This document shows positions 1 through 10,029 of a DNA stretch of 64,000 nucleotides, piece by piece. The notes below the pieces were generated by a model, which had not been told where the DNA came from, did no database searches, and saw only the letters and a program-made list of their open reading frames with translations. This stretch comes from an uncultured Gammaproteobacteria bacterium (GTDB taxonomy: Bacteria; Patescibacteriota; Patescibacteriia; UBA1558; GWA2-36-10), in the NCBI GenBank assembly GCA_964424615.1, contig CAYRIU010000007.1, positions 20,052 through 84,051 on the forward strand, in the 5' to 3' direction. Made by a program: the position numbers and the translations under genes. Each line of letters begins with the position of its first letter. Within the stretch, counting starts at the first letter, position 1.

Positions 1-3
1 TTA

Positions 4-1896
4 TTATTTTTTATCTTGATCGTTGACTTCTTTGAAATCACCTTCGACTGGCTCATCTTTTTTCTCTTCAGCTGGAGCAGCTTGATCTTGAGCGGCAGAT
101 TCTTGATAGAGAGTGGCACCAATTTTTTGCACGACTTCTTCTAGTTCGCTGATGGCTTTTTTGATAGCTTCAGTGTCCCCTGATTCTTTGACAGTGCGCA
201 AAGGCTCTAATTTATCTTCTATAGTTTTTTTATCTTCGTCTTTGATTTTTTCTTTCATGTCTTTCAAGAATTTATCAGTAGAAAAGATGACCTGATCAGC
301 ATGATTTTTGGTCTCGATAACTTCTTTTTTCTTTTTATCCTCTTCGGCATGTAGTTCAGCATCTTGCTGCATTTTTTTGATCTCTTCTTCAGATAGACCG
401 GAAGAAGATTGGATGGTGATAGATTGTTTCTTGCTAGTAGCACGATCGACAGCTGAGACATTCAAAATACCATTGGCATCAATATCAAAGCTAACTTCGA
501 TCTGTGGCACTCCACGTGGAGCTGGAGGTATGCCATACAAAGTAAAGCGTCCTAAAGTCTTGTTGTCAGCAGCCATCTCTCTCTCGCCTTGCAAGACATG
601 GATCTCGACACTATCTTGGCTGTCAGCGGCTGTAGAAAATACTTGGCTCTTGGAAGTTGGGATAGTGCTATTGCGAGCTATCAAAGGAGTGCGGATACCA
701 CCCAAAGTCTCAATACCCAAAGTCAATGGTGTCACATCAAGCAATAAAACATCTTTGACATCACCCTGGAGCACACCAGCTTGCACAGCAGCACCCAGTG
801 CTACTACTTCATCAGGATTGACGGAAATATTTGGTTTTTTGCCAAAAAAATCTTCAACAGCTTTTTGCACTAATGGCATGCGAGTCATACCACCGACCAA
901 AATCACTTCTTCTATATCGGTAGTTTTTAGCCCAGCATCAGCCAAAGCTTTGCGACAAGGCTCTAGTGTTCTTTCTACTAAATCATGAATAAGCTCTTCT
1001 AACTTGGCGCGAGTCATCTTCAAAATCAAGTGTTTTGGACCAGAAGCATCAGTGGTGATGAATGGCTGATTGATTTCTGTTTCAGCAGATGAAGACAATT
1101 CAATCTTAGCTTTTTCAGCAGCCTCTTTGAGACGTTGTAAGGCTAACTTGTCATTACTCAAATCAATACCCTCTTGTTTTTTGTACTCTTCTATAATCCA
1201 GTGAATAATTCTTTGATCAAAATCATCACCACCAAGATGAGTATCACCATTGGTTGATTTTACTTCTACTGTATCTTTGGAAACATCCAATACAGAGACA
1301 TCAAATGTACCACCGCCCAAATCATAAACTACGACTTGTTGATCTTTTTTCTTATCAAATCCATAAGCCAAAGCTGCGGCTGTTGGTTCGTTGATAATAC
1401 GTTTGACATCCAAACCAGCGATGCGACCAGCATCTTTGGTAGCCTGACGTTGTGAATCATCAAAATAAGCAGGAACAGTGATGACTGCTTCGGTGATTTT
1501 TTCACCCAAACGCTCTTCGGCATCAGCTTTGATCTTTTGTAAAATCATAGCTGAAACCTCCTGTGGTGAATAATCTTTGTCACCCATAGCCACAGCCACG
1601 CCTTCACCAGCTTTTTTGATCTGATAAGGCATGATCTTAATATCACGCTGCACTTCCTCGTCAGTGAATCTACGACCGATCAATCTTTTGACGGAAAAAA
1701 TAGTGTTGGTAGCATTGGTCACAGCCTGACGCTTGGCAATCAAACCAGCTAATCTTTCTCCGCTCTTGGATATTGCAACGACCGATGGCGTTGTTCTATT
1801 ACCTTCTTTATTTTCTAAAATTTTTGGTTGACCACCTTCAACAATAGCGACTGCTGAATTGGTAGTACCCAAATCAATTCCTATAATCTTTGCCAT
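4..1896 (-). CDS. dnaK: Molecular chaperone DnaK (Hsp70)
   Basis: 630 aa. N-terminal [19 protein letters not shown] and the rest of the Hsp70 signature are present throughout. TAA stop at 4-6. Confidence 0.97.
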   Translation of the reverse strand: MAKIIGIDLGTTNSAVAIVEGGQPKILENKEGNRTTPSVVAISKSGERLAGLIAKRQAVTNATNTIFSVKRLIGRRFTDEEVQRDIKIMPYQIKKAGEGVAVAMGDKDYSPQEVSAMILQKIKADAEERLGEKITEAVITVPAYFDDSQRQATKDAGRIAGLDVKRIINEPTAAALAYGFDKKKDQQVVVYDLGGGTFDVSVLDVSKDTVEVKSTNGDTHLGGDDFDQRIIHWIIEEYKKQEGIDLSNDKLALQRLKEAAEKAKIELSSSAETEINQPFITTDASGPKHLILKMTRAKLEELIHDLVERTLEPCRKALADAGLKTTDIEEVILVGGMTRMPLVQKAVEDFFGKKPNISVNPDEVVALGAAVQAGVLQGDVKDVLLLDVTPLTLGIETLGGIRTPLIARNSTIPTSKSQVFSTAADSQDSVEIHVLQGEREMAADNKTLGRFTLYGIPPAPRGVPQIEVSFDIDANGILNVSAVDRATSKKQSITIQSSSGLSEEEIKKMQQDAELHAEEDKKKKEVIETKNHADQVIFSTDKFLKDMKEKIKDEDKKTIEDKLEPLRTVKESGDTEAIKKAISELEEVVQKIGATLYQESAAQDQAAPAEEKKDEPVEGDFKEVNDQDKK

Positions 1897-1900
1897 ATTA

Positions 1901-2221
1901 TTAATTATTTAATAAGTTTATTAATTCTTGATTTTCTAACATTTGATGGACGCGTAAGACATCATCGGCTGATATTTCGTCGTTGGCTATAAAGCTCATC
2001 ACTTCATCAGCTTGCAAATCTGTCAAAATAGAATTACCGACAACACCTTGGGGCATAGTAGATAGTCGCGTCAATAAATGAGCTCCACAATGAGCACAAG
2101 TCATATGAGTCAGTAGTCCAAATTCATTCTCACTCAATACTTGCACCAAAGTCTGCTGATATTCACGCTGACAGACTGGACAATGCTTAATCAAACGTAA
2201 ATTAAGCGGTAAATTATCCAT
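1901..2221 (-). CDS. Hypothetical zinc-ribbon protein in the heat-shock operon
   Basis: 106 aa with CPVC...CAHC cysteine pairs. Its start overlaps the hsp20 stop (ATGA). No recognisable family. Confidence 0.5.
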   Translation of the reverse strand: MDNLPLNLRLIKHCPVCQREYQQTLVQVLSENEFGLLTHMTCAHCGAHLLTRLSTMPQGVVGNSILTDLQADEVMSFIANDEISADDVLRVHQMLENQELINLLNN

Positions 2222-2616
2222 TATTTTTTAATGTTAATTTTAATATTTTTTGATTTTGCTTTTTCTTCTTTTGGTAATACTATACGCAAAAGACCGTTGT
2301 CAAAATTTGCTTCTGCCTGATCACTATGTACAGACACCGGCAACAAAACGCTACGATGAAAAGAACCAGTGCGCACTTCTTTTCTATAATAATTTTTTTC
2401 ATCGATCTCGCTAGTACTTTGACGTCTACCTTCTATAGTCAATACGTCATCATTGACAGCAATATTGACCTCCTCTGGCTTGATGCCAGCTAAAGTAGCT
2501 TCAACTACTACATTTTCTTTGTCTTCATAAACATCTACCGCTGGCATAAAATTGCTCAAGCTTTTTTCGATGTTGTCAAAAGTGTCTAAAAATGGTGTCC
2601 ACGGTATTAATGACAT
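2221..2616 (-). CDS. Hsp20/alpha-crystallin family small heat-shock protein
   Basis: 131 aa. Alpha-crystallin domain pattern (VDVYEDKENVVVEATLAGIKPEEVNIAVNDDVLTIEG...FHRSVLLP). Confidence 0.85.
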   Translation of the reverse strand: MSLIPWTPFLDTFDNIEKSLSNFMPAVDVYEDKENVVVEATLAGIKPEEVNIAVNDDVLTIEGRRQSTSEIDEKNYYRKEVRTGSFHRSVLLPVSVHSDQAEANFDNGLLRIVLPKEEKAKSKNIKINIKK

Positions 2617-2663
2617 ATATTTATTCCTTTCTATATGCCTCTAAAAGGCTTTATTTATTTTTA

Positions 2664-3167
2664 TTAATTTATATTGTTAATAATTACTTTGGCTGGCCTC
2701 AAGACGCTTTGCTGAAACATATACCCAGCCTGCACTTCTTGCACCACCACTTGATCGGCTTGCTTCTCGTCAGTGATATGCCCGACTGCTTCATGCGTAT
2801 TAGGATCAAAACTATGACCAATACTGACAATTCTTTCTATTTTGTGATCGCGTAAAAAGTTTTGCCAAAGCTTCAAAGTGTGTTCTAAACCCTGTACCCA
2901 AGAATCTTTTTTTTGCTCTGGTGGTACATGACTCAAAGCTATTTCATAATTATCAAATATCGGCAACAATTCAGAAACTACTGAGGATAATACAAAGTCA
3001 TTGAGCTGAGCTAGACGCTGATCACTTTCTCTTTGTAGATTCTGATAGTCAGCCAAAGCTTTTTTCCAACCAGCTAGATTGATAGCTGCTTCGTCTGGAA
3101 TAGATGTATCCACTATATCTTCTCCGTCGTTCTGTGTATTGATTGTATCTTTTGTTTCTTCGTCCAT
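2664..3167 (-). CDS. grpE: Nucleotide exchange factor GrpE
   Basis: 167 aa. Coiled-coil N-terminus and a C-terminal GrpE motif (HEAVGHITDE...VVVQEVQAGYMFQQSVLRPAKV). Confidence 0.9.
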   Translation of the reverse strand: MDEETKDTINTQNDGEDIVDTSIPDEAAINLAGWKKALADYQNLQRESDQRLAQLNDFVLSSVVSELLPIFDNYEIALSHVPPEQKKDSWVQGLEHTLKLWQNFLRDHKIERIVSIGHSFDPNTHEAVGHITDEKQADQVVVQEVQAGYMFQQSVLRPAKVIINNIN

Positions 3168-3168
3168 A

Positions 3169-3834
3169 TTATTTTACAATTTTAGTTACTGAATCCATGA
3201 GGCCCAATGCTTGATTATAATTCATACGCAATGGCCCTAAAAATGCCAACAAAGATTTTTCTGGAGTATTCAATGGAGCTATGACTACCGAACAATGTTC
3301 TGACCAGGGATTTTCCGCTCCCAATAATACCTGCGGCCTATCTATCTTGTGAAACATATTGGACATAGCTCGCTCCAATGAATCAACCACTTGACTCATG
3401 GACAAGACCATTTTGTAATCTTCAAATTCTGGCTGAGAAAACAAATTGAACAAACCAGTGATATAAATATCATTTGATTCGCGACTCAAGATCATTGCTA
3501 AATTTGTTTTGTCAGACAAAGCTTTGACCAAATGACGAATGTCCGATTTATAAGCACTAGCTAAATCATCAAAGTCTTTGTGACTAGAATTTTCTACTGA
3601 CAATAAATTGTCCAAATAGTATCTATAGCCACTAGCAGTAGGAATGCGACCAGCTGAAGTATAAGGTTGCATGATAAAACCACGGTCTTCAAGATCAGCC
3701 ATTTCATTGCGGATAGTGGCTGCACTCAAATCAAAGCCACTCTCCTCAGCCAAGATCTTGGAACCAACTGGTTTAGCTGTGGCAATGTATTGCTCTACAA
3801 TAGCTTTTAATAATTTATCATGTCTAATCTCCAT
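3169..3834 (-). CDS. hrcA: Heat-inducible transcriptional repressor HrcA (short form, ~222 aa)
   Basis: N-terminal winged-HTH of HrcA (LLKAIVEQYIATAKPVGSKILAEESGFDLSAATIRNEMADLEDRGFIMQPYTSAGRIPT). The start is placed at ATG 3834 (MEIRHDK); the ORF-track N-terminal extension would run through the CIRCE. Shorter than the typical ~340 aa. Confidence 0.85.
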   Translation of the reverse strand: MEIRHDKLLKAIVEQYIATAKPVGSKILAEESGFDLSAATIRNEMADLEDRGFIMQPYTSAGRIPTASGYRYYLDNLLSVENSSHKDFDDLASAYKSDIRHLVKALSDKTNLAMILSRESNDIYITGLFNLFSQPEFEDYKMVLSMSQVVDSLERAMSNMFHKIDRPQVLLGAENPWSEHCSVVIAPLNTPEKSLLAFLGPLRMNYNQALGLMDSVTKIVK

Positions 3835-3854
3835 ATGAAGTATTATAAAGCAAA

Positions 3855-3881
3855 TTAGCACTCTATGTCAAGGAGTGCTAA
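3855..3881. promoter_or_regulatory. CIRCE operator (TTAGCACTC-N9-GAGTGCTAA, perfect) overlapping a minus-strand sigma70 promoter
   Basis: Perfect 9-N9-9 inverted repeat at 3855-3881. On the minus strand TTGACA (plus 3866-3871) lies inside the CIRCE spacer, then an 18-nt spacer and TATAAT (plus 3842-3847). The -10 is only ~7 nt from the hrcA ATG, so the transcript is leaderless or has a very short leader. Confidence 0.9.
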
Positions 3882-3903
3882 AAATACGCATTTTCCTCTT
3901 ATT

Positions 3904-5139
3904 TTACTCACGTCTTAGGGCTGTAATAGGGTCCAACTCAGCGGCTTTTTTGGCTGGATATGAGCCAAATATCAGGCCTACCAAAGTGGAGAAAACTAAA
4001 GACACAAAAATACCAATTAAAGATATGCTAAAAGGCCACACAAAACCATAACTATTGGCAATGATATATACCAAGTAGGTCACTATTGTGCCAACAATCA
4101 CGCCACCTACCCCACCCAAGATTGTGATAATCACTGCTTCTGTCAAAAACTGCCGTAAGATATTTTTTTTGGTAGAACCAACGGCTTTACGCAAACCAAT
4201 TTCAAATGTGCGCTCAGCAACTGTAGCATACATAATATTCATGATACCGACTCCACCGACAATCAAAGAAACCATAGCCAAAGCAATCAACAAAAGTGTC
4301 ACTCCACCAATAATAGTATTTAATATGTTCACTGCATCAGCCATAGTAGAAACCTGAAAATCATCACGCTTGGGATCTGTGATATCGTGTCTATCGCGCA
4401 ATATAGCTATAATCTCATCTTTGGTTTCTTCGCTTTTTTTGACATCAATCATCTGAGCGCCGACTGATTGTATGTAGTTGACGCCCAAAATCAATTTTTG
4501 AGTAGTCTGTAATGGAATATAAGCTAAAGTATCATAATCAAAAAATAGCACTGTACCTTGTGATTCCATAACACCAATGACTTTATAATTCATTTTATTG
4601 ATTTTGACGTTCTGGCCCAAGGCTTCACTACTCCCAAATAAATCTTCTTTGACTTTACTGCCCAGGACTATCACCCTGGCCATATTGTCATCTTCTTCCT
4701 TGGTATAAAAACGTCCTTCAGCCAAATCAATAGTGCCCATCTCAATATATTCGCTACTGACACCAAAAATAATAGTCTTTTTTACATTACCTTCCCAAGA
4801 TAATAAATCTTGAGCCATCACATGTCCATAACTTCTACTAATATTTGGTATCTTATTAATAGCTGCTCTATCATCCAAAGTCAGTGTAGTAATGACCACA
4901 CCAGTAGCCTGTGAAGAAACTCCTCCACTTTCTTGAGGTACTCTAGTTTCTGCTTGGATCAAATTGGAGCCAAAAGAAGCCAATTGACCATTGACCAATT
5001 TTTTCATGCTATCACCAGCAGAGACTATAATCATGACCGAAGAAATACCAATAATAACACCTAAAACTGTCAAAAGAGTACGAATCTTATTGATTCGTAA
5101 AGTTCTAATGGACATTTTTATAATTTCTCTATATGTCAT
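3904..5139 (-). CDS. ABC transporter permease, FtsX/MacB family
   Basis: 411 aa. N-terminal TM, a large periplasmic domain and a C-terminal FtsX 4-TM module. Start overlaps the stop of the upstream permease. Confidence 0.85.
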   Translation of the reverse strand: MTYREIIKMSIRTLRINKIRTLLTVLGVIIGISSVMIIVSAGDSMKKLVNGQLASFGSNLIQAETRVPQESGGVSSQATGVVITTLTLDDRAAINKIPNISRSYGHVMAQDLLSWEGNVKKTIIFGVSSEYIEMGTIDLAEGRFYTKEEDDNMARVIVLGSKVKEDLFGSSEALGQNVKINKMNYKVIGVMESQGTVLFFDYDTLAYIPLQTTQKLILGVNYIQSVGAQMIDVKKSEETKDEIIAILRDRHDITDPKRDDFQVSTMADAVNILNTIIGGVTLLLIALAMVSLIVGGVGIMNIMYATVAERTFEIGLRKAVGSTKKNILRQFLTEAVIITILGGVGGVIVGTIVTYLVYIIANSYGFVWPFSISLIGIFVSLVFSTLVGLIFGSYPAKKAAELDPITALRRE

Positions 5140-6377
5140 TATTCGTATCTTAACGCATCTATTGGATTAAGTTCAGCGGCTTTTTTGGCTGGATACCAAC
5201 CAGATAGCAAGCCGACTAAAAATGTAAAACCAACAGCCAAAACTACAGACTGCCAAGTAACTACAAAATCCCAAGCATAGCCTAAATAATTAGCCACTAC
5301 ACTCACCAACCAAGAAATAAGTACTCCAAAAAATATACCAAATAAACCACCGACCATACTCAAAACAATAGTCTGTACCAAAAATTGTATACTAATATCA
5401 CGACGACGAGCTCCGACTGCTTTACGTAGACCAATCTCACGAGTACTTTCATTAATTGAAACAAGCATGATATTCATAATACCGATACCACCAACAATCA
5501 AAGATATGCCAGCAACCATAGCCAAAAAATAGCTCAAAGCATTGGTCAAAGAATTCAAAGTATCCAAAGCCTGTACCTGAGAACGCACAGTAAAATCATC
5601 TTGCTCAGGATTACTGATATTATGACGCTCACGTATGACTCTCTGAATACTATCAATCGCTAAATCCATATCAGTATTTGGAGCCACCTTAAAACGTATG
5701 ACATTGACATAGTTGATGCCAAGCATAATTTTTTGTGCAGTATTGAGTGGTATAAAAACTTGATTATCTTGGCTTTGAAAAAAAGTACTACCACGACTTT
5801 TCATAACACCGATGACATCAAAATTTTCTTTATTTATTTTGATATGAGCACTCAGTGGATCGCTATTATTAAACAAGGCTTCAGCTACTTCACTACCTAA
5901 TACCACTACACGAGCGGCGGAACCATCTTCTTCTTCACTAAAAAAACGACCTCGCGCGACATCGGTAGCTTCCACAGCCAAATAACTAGGAGTAACTCCA
6001 GCAAAGCTAGTGTCTTTTGTCTGATTTTGCCAACTAGCAGTCGCTGAACCACGCACATAAGCTGTAAAATTTTCTATCTCTGGAACTTGGGCCACAACTG
6101 CCTGTCCATCAGAATATTTTAGTGTAGTAATATTAATACCCATCACCGAGGCTGGTGGACCATTTGATTCACTAGCGCCAGGTAATACTCCTATCAAATC
6201 AGAACCAACGCCTTTGATCTGGTTGACTACCAAACTCTGTGCTCCAGCGCCCAAAGATATGATGATAATCACCGAAGAAATGCCGATAATAATACCTAGA
6301 GAAGTCAAAAACGAGCGCATCTTATTACGCTTTACCATAGCCCAAGTAGTGATGACTGGATGCCAATCAAAATGCAT
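5139..6377 (-). CDS. ABC transporter permease, FtsX/MacB family (paralog)
   Basis: 412 aa, same architecture as the neighbouring permease. Confidence 0.85.
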   Translation of the reverse strand: MHFDWHPVITTWAMVKRNKMRSFLTSLGIIIGISSVIIIISLGAGAQSLVVNQIKGVGSDLIGVLPGASESNGPPASVMGINITTLKYSDGQAVVAQVPEIENFTAYVRGSATASWQNQTKDTSFAGVTPSYLAVEATDVARGRFFSEEEDGSAARVVVLGSEVAEALFNNSDPLSAHIKINKENFDVIGVMKSRGSTFFQSQDNQVFIPLNTAQKIMLGINYVNVIRFKVAPNTDMDLAIDSIQRVIRERHNISNPEQDDFTVRSQVQALDTLNSLTNALSYFLAMVAGISLIVGGIGIMNIMLVSINESTREIGLRKAVGARRRDISIQFLVQTIVLSMVGGLFGIFFGVLISWLVSVVANYLGYAWDFVVTWQSVVLAVGFTFLVGLLSGWYPAKKAAELNPIDALRYE

Positions 6378-6404
6378 ACTTTGTTTAAAATTGATACTAG
6401 GTGA

Positions 6405-7112
6405 TTATTTTACTAACTCTGTTTTTTCAGCAATGATTTGATCTTTGTTTTGCTCATCACTGACAATTTCGCCATCTTTGATACGTACTATACGCTGAGC
6501 ATGTTTGGCTGTATTGGTTTCATGAGTGACCAATATGATAGTGTGTCCTTCGGCATTTAGCTTCTGCAAAATAGCCATAATCTGCGTACCAGACTTGGAA
6601 TCAAGATTACCAGTGGGCTCATCAGCAAAGATAATATCAGGATTATTGACCAAAGCTCTAGCAATAGCCACTCTTTGCTTTTCTCCTCCAGACAATTGAT
6701 TGGATAAATATTGTGATCGATGACTGAGCTCTACACTGGCAATAGCCTGGTCAACCTTCTTCACATCCACCGCTTCACCAGAATACAATAATGGCAAACG
6801 CACATTTTCCCAGACTGATGTTTTGGGTAATAAATTAAAACTCTGAAAAATAAAACCAACTTTTTTATTACGATACACGGCTAAAGTATCATCATCCAAA
6901 GAAGATACATCCTTGTCTTGAAAAATATATTTACCGCTAGTCAAAGTATCCAAAAATCCTAGTATATGCATCAAGGTAGACTTACCAGATCCAGATGGTC
7001 CCATGATGGCTAAAAATTCGCCTTTGCTAATCTTTAAATTTATATCATGCAAAACCGGAGTGACCACCTCTTCGTTGGTATAATCTTTTTGTAGATTAAT
7101 GAGTTCTATCAT
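6405..7112 (-). CDS. ABC transporter ATP-binding protein (MacB/LolD-like)
   Basis: 235 aa. Walker [10 protein letters not shown], signature [15 protein letters not shown], Walker [13 protein letters not shown]. Confidence 0.92.
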   Translation of the reverse strand: MIELINLQKDYTNEEVVTPVLHDINLKISKGEFLAIMGPSGSGKSTLMHILGFLDTLTSGKYIFQDKDVSSLDDDTLAVYRNKKVGFIFQSFNLLPKTSVWENVRLPLLYSGEAVDVKKVDQAIASVELSHRSQYLSNQLSGGEKQRVAIARALVNNPDIIFADEPTGNLDSKSGTQIMAILQKLNAEGHTIILVTHETNTAKHAQRIVRIKDGEIVSDEQNKDQIIAEKTELVK

Positions 7113-7113
7113 T

Positions 7114-8787
7114 TTATTTAGCGTTTTTTATAGAAATAATGACTTTGTCACCAGCTTCTAAACCAGAAGTGATCTCCCACAGACCATCGTCACCCTTGAG
7201 ACCAACTTGCACTTCTTTTTCTACTGGCTTATCATCTTGTAAAACCTGCACAAATCTCACGTCACCACGAGCTGACACAGAGCGTGATGGCACTACCAGC
7301 ACTTCATCTTTACTATTAGTCAATATAGTGAGATTGGCGGTCATGCCTGATTTTATCTTATCGTCTTGGACATTGAAGCCAACTGTCACTTTGTAATAAA
7401 TGACCTCACTAATCACTGTAGAAGCTGGATCTATAAATGTCACAGTGCCAGTAAACACTTGATCATTACCAAAAGCATCCAAAGTAATATCTACCGTATC
7501 ACCAACTTTGAGCTTGGTAATATCAGATTCTGGTACATCTACTTTAATCTGAGTAGCACTCAAGCCAATCATGGAGATAGCAGCTTGTGACATACTGGAT
7601 TGCTCACCAACATCGACATTGATCTTGGTGACAATACCATCGACTGGGGCCTTGATCATAGTATCAGACATCAGACTATAATACCTGGCCAAAGTGGCTT
7701 CAGCCCGTCTAACATTGGCTCTTGCTATATCCAAATCAAATGATCTAGCTGGCGCTTTTTTCAAATCAAGACGAGCTTGGGCTAAATTAAGATTATTCAA
7801 AGCAGAAATCACACTATTATTAGCAGCTGTGATCTGACCTTGATAATATATTTCTTTGTTTCTGATATTACTGGCTGCTGACTGAGTAGTAGATATAGCA
7901 GTATTCAAAGCAGTACTCTGAGTATTCAAGCTAGCTTTCAAAGTAGAAATGACTGTCGGCGTGTAAACATTAGTAGTCACCGTAGCTAACATAACATTAT
8001 AAGTATTGGTCACTAAATCTGAAGTCAGTTCCAAGCTTTGCTTCAAAACATCCAAGGCTGCCAATATATCTGTTTGATCTTTGGTGTTTTTAGCTTTTTC
8101 AATATAGCTTGATAAACTATTCACTTGAGAGAGTACTTGATTGTACTGAATTTTGGTGTTGGTCAAAAATTGTACATCAGTCACGAATAAATATGTATCA
8201 GCATCACTATCCATGATAGCGTCATTGACCACATCCAAAGAATACTGAATAGTAAAATATTTATCACTCAAAGTATTCAAACCTACTGTTTTATAATTAT
8301 CCATCTCCTGATTGCTCGTCAATTGCAAATTACTCTGCGCATCTAGAGCAGTCTGATAAGCGGATTTGGCATTATCAAGCTCCCTTTGAGTCACTTCAAT
8401 ATCTTCGCTGCTAGCCCCGGCTATTAGCTGAGCCAAATTACTTTTGGCCACATCTACTGCGGCTTGGGCATCGGCTACTTGTGAGGCCACATCACCAGCT
8501 GATAATCTAGCCAAAATTTGGTTAGCTTTTACCTGATCGCCAACCTTGACTAGCATAGCCCCTACACGTCCACTAGCAGCAAAATTAAGATTGATATCAT
8601 CAGCTGATTCTACAGTACCAGTCACCTCCACAGTTTGTTTTAAATTTTTGATGACAGCGTCCTCTGTGGTATAAACTGGTTTATTTTTATTTATAGCACC
8701 AATAACTACAAAAACCACAATTAACACAACAACTAGCAGTGGTATCCAATATCTTTTTTTTTTGAGCTTTAAAAATAATGTTTTCAT
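7114..8787 (-). CDS. HlyD/MacA-family periplasmic adaptor (membrane fusion protein) with long coiled coil
   Basis: 557 aa. N-terminal TM anchor, a long alpha-helical hairpin region, and C-terminal beta-barrel/lipoyl-like segments typical of the MFP family. Immediately upstream of the ABC ATPase. Confidence 0.8.
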   Translation of the reverse strand: MKTLFLKLKKKRYWIPLLVVVLIVVFVVIGAINKNKPVYTTEDAVIKNLKQTVEVTGTVESADDINLNFAASGRVGAMLVKVGDQVKANQILARLSAGDVASQVADAQAAVDVAKSNLAQLIAGASSEDIEVTQRELDNAKSAYQTALDAQSNLQLTSNQEMDNYKTVGLNTLSDKYFTIQYSLDVVNDAIMDSDADTYLFVTDVQFLTNTKIQYNQVLSQVNSLSSYIEKAKNTKDQTDILAALDVLKQSLELTSDLVTNTYNVMLATVTTNVYTPTVISTLKASLNTQSTALNTAISTTQSAASNIRNKEIYYQGQITAANNSVISALNNLNLAQARLDLKKAPARSFDLDIARANVRRAEATLARYYSLMSDTMIKAPVDGIVTKINVDVGEQSSMSQAAISMIGLSATQIKVDVPESDITKLKVGDTVDITLDAFGNDQVFTGTVTFIDPASTVISEVIYYKVTVGFNVQDDKIKSGMTANLTILTNSKDEVLVVPSRSVSARGDVRFVQVLQDDKPVEKEVQVGLKGDDGLWEITSGLEAGDKVIISIKNAK

Positions 8788-8851
8788 CTCTTTAGAAATT
8801 TATCTAATAAATATAATTTTAATATCTAGGCTAAGACCTCTATATAACATA

Positions 8852-8892
8852 TTAGCACTCTATATTATAGAGTGCTAATATTTTTTTGTCAA
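8852..8892 (-). promoter_or_regulatory. Second perfect CIRCE (8852-8878) overlapping a consensus sigma70 promoter (TTGACA-17-TATAAT) for the efflux operon
   Basis: TTAGCACTC-tatattata-GAGTGCTAA at 8852-8878. On the minus strand TTGACA is plus 8887-8892 and TATAAT is plus 8864-8869, separated by a 17-nt spacer that is the left CIRCE arm. About 70 nt upstream of the HlyD start at 8787. Confidence 0.85.
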
Positions 8893-8947
8893 TTTAATAA
8901 ATTAAGCAAAAACATTATTAAATAAACATAAATTGTGGTAATAAAAA

Positions 8948-9454
8948 CTATCTAACAACTTCAATATTTTGAGTATTATAACTGTCGCAAGCACCAACTA
9001 TCATTTTACCAGTGGACTCTCTATAGAAATAATAGCCACTATTTCTGGCATCAGTGCCATAGGAAAAATTTGGATCTAATGGTATCTGACCCATGTAGCC
9101 GTTGGTCACTAAAGCTGATAAATCGATCAAAGCTGTGGTGGTAGTTGGATTACCTTTAGTAACTGTCTGGCATGTAGCAAAGGCCGTTCCACCAGTAGTA
9201 GTAGCAATGGAGTAAGTTACACCAGATGTAGGAGAAGGAGTGGTGGTGGGATGCGTACCACCGTTATCAGCCAAATAAGCACTATAAGCGTCTGCTATAG
9301 CGGTCACATCAGACCAACGTCTAGCATTATTAGCGTCACCTACTCTTTTGGCTGGATTGATAGCCACAAATGTAGCGGCAGCTAGCAAGGCAATGACTGC
9401 TATGACGATGATTAACTCTATAAGAGTAAAACCTTTTGTAAATTTTTTTCTCAT
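8948..9454 (-). CDS. Type IV pilin (prepilin-type N-terminal cleavage/methylation domain)
   Basis: 168 aa. MRKKFTKG|FTLIELIIVIAVIALLAA class III signal with G-1, F+1, E+5. N-terminal half nearly identical to the neighbouring pilin; C-terminal half divergent. Confidence 0.9.
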   Translation of the reverse strand: MRKKFTKGFTLIELIIVIAVIALLAAATFVAINPAKRVGDANNARRWSDVTAIADAYSAYLADNGGTHPTTTPSPTSGVTYSIATTTGGTAFATCQTVTKGNPTTTTALIDLSALVTNGYMGQIPLDPNFSYGTDARNSGYYFYRESTGKMIVGACDSYNTQNIEVVR

Positions 9455-9479
9455 ATTTTTTTATTTAATATTATAAATT

Positions 9480-9956
9480 TTATCTGACTAAAACTGGATA
9501 ATTTGTTCCATATTTTTTACACGAGCCTATTTTTAACTTACCAGAATCTTCGCGATACAACCAATATAAAGTATTATAACCATTAGAGCTAGTATATAAA
9601 GGATCTTTCGGAATCTGCCCAATATAGCCATCATCAATCAAAGTATCTAAAACCAAAAAAGCTGATGTTGTAGTAGCATCACAACCAGCTGTACCACTAC
9701 CACCAGTAGTAGTAGCTAACATATAAGTCACACCGCTAGACATTGTAGAACTTGGTAATGAGCTATTATTATCTGCTAGATAGGCCTGGAAGGCATCAGC
9801 TACAGCTGATAAATCCTGCCACCTAGTGGCATCTCCTGCATTACCTACTCTCCTTGCTGGATTGATAGCTACGAATGTAGCAGCAGCTAGTAAGGCAATG
9901 ATAGCAATAACAATAATCAACTCAATTAATGTAAACCCTTGATTTTTATTTTCCAT
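9480..9956 (-). CDS. Type IV pilin (major pilin paralog)
   Basis: 158 aa. MENKNQG|FTLIELIIVIAIIALLAA. An extended -10 TGtTATAAT sits on the minus strand at plus 9978-9986. Confidence 0.9.
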   Translation of the reverse strand: MENKNQGFTLIELIIVIAIIALLAAATFVAINPARRVGNAGDATRWQDLSAVADAFQAYLADNNSSLPSSTMSSGVTYMLATTTGGSGTAGCDATTTSAFLVLDTLIDDGYIGQIPKDPLYTSSNGYNTLYWLYREDSGKLKIGSCKKYGTNYPVLVR

Positions 9957-10029
9957 GTAAAAATATAATAATGTTTATATTATAACATGTTTTTGTATTT
10001 TAAGACAGTATCTTATTTATCCACAAGCC

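Noticed and set aside
308-988. 226-aa plus-strand ORF (and similar 60-145 aa ORFs such as 113-295, 12105-12509, 18640-19077, 22105-22455, 53081-53446)
   Set aside because: They lie antisense inside strongly supported minus-strand genes (dnaK, pilin, pilC, cheA, anti-sigma), have low-complexity Ser/Thr/Cys-rich translations typical of the antisense frame of AT-rich genes, and show no recognisable domains.
3835-3861. N-terminal extension of hrcA (MLICFIILH...)
   Set aside because: It would start inside the CIRCE/-35 region. The HrcA winged-HTH begins at MEIRHDK (ATG 3834).
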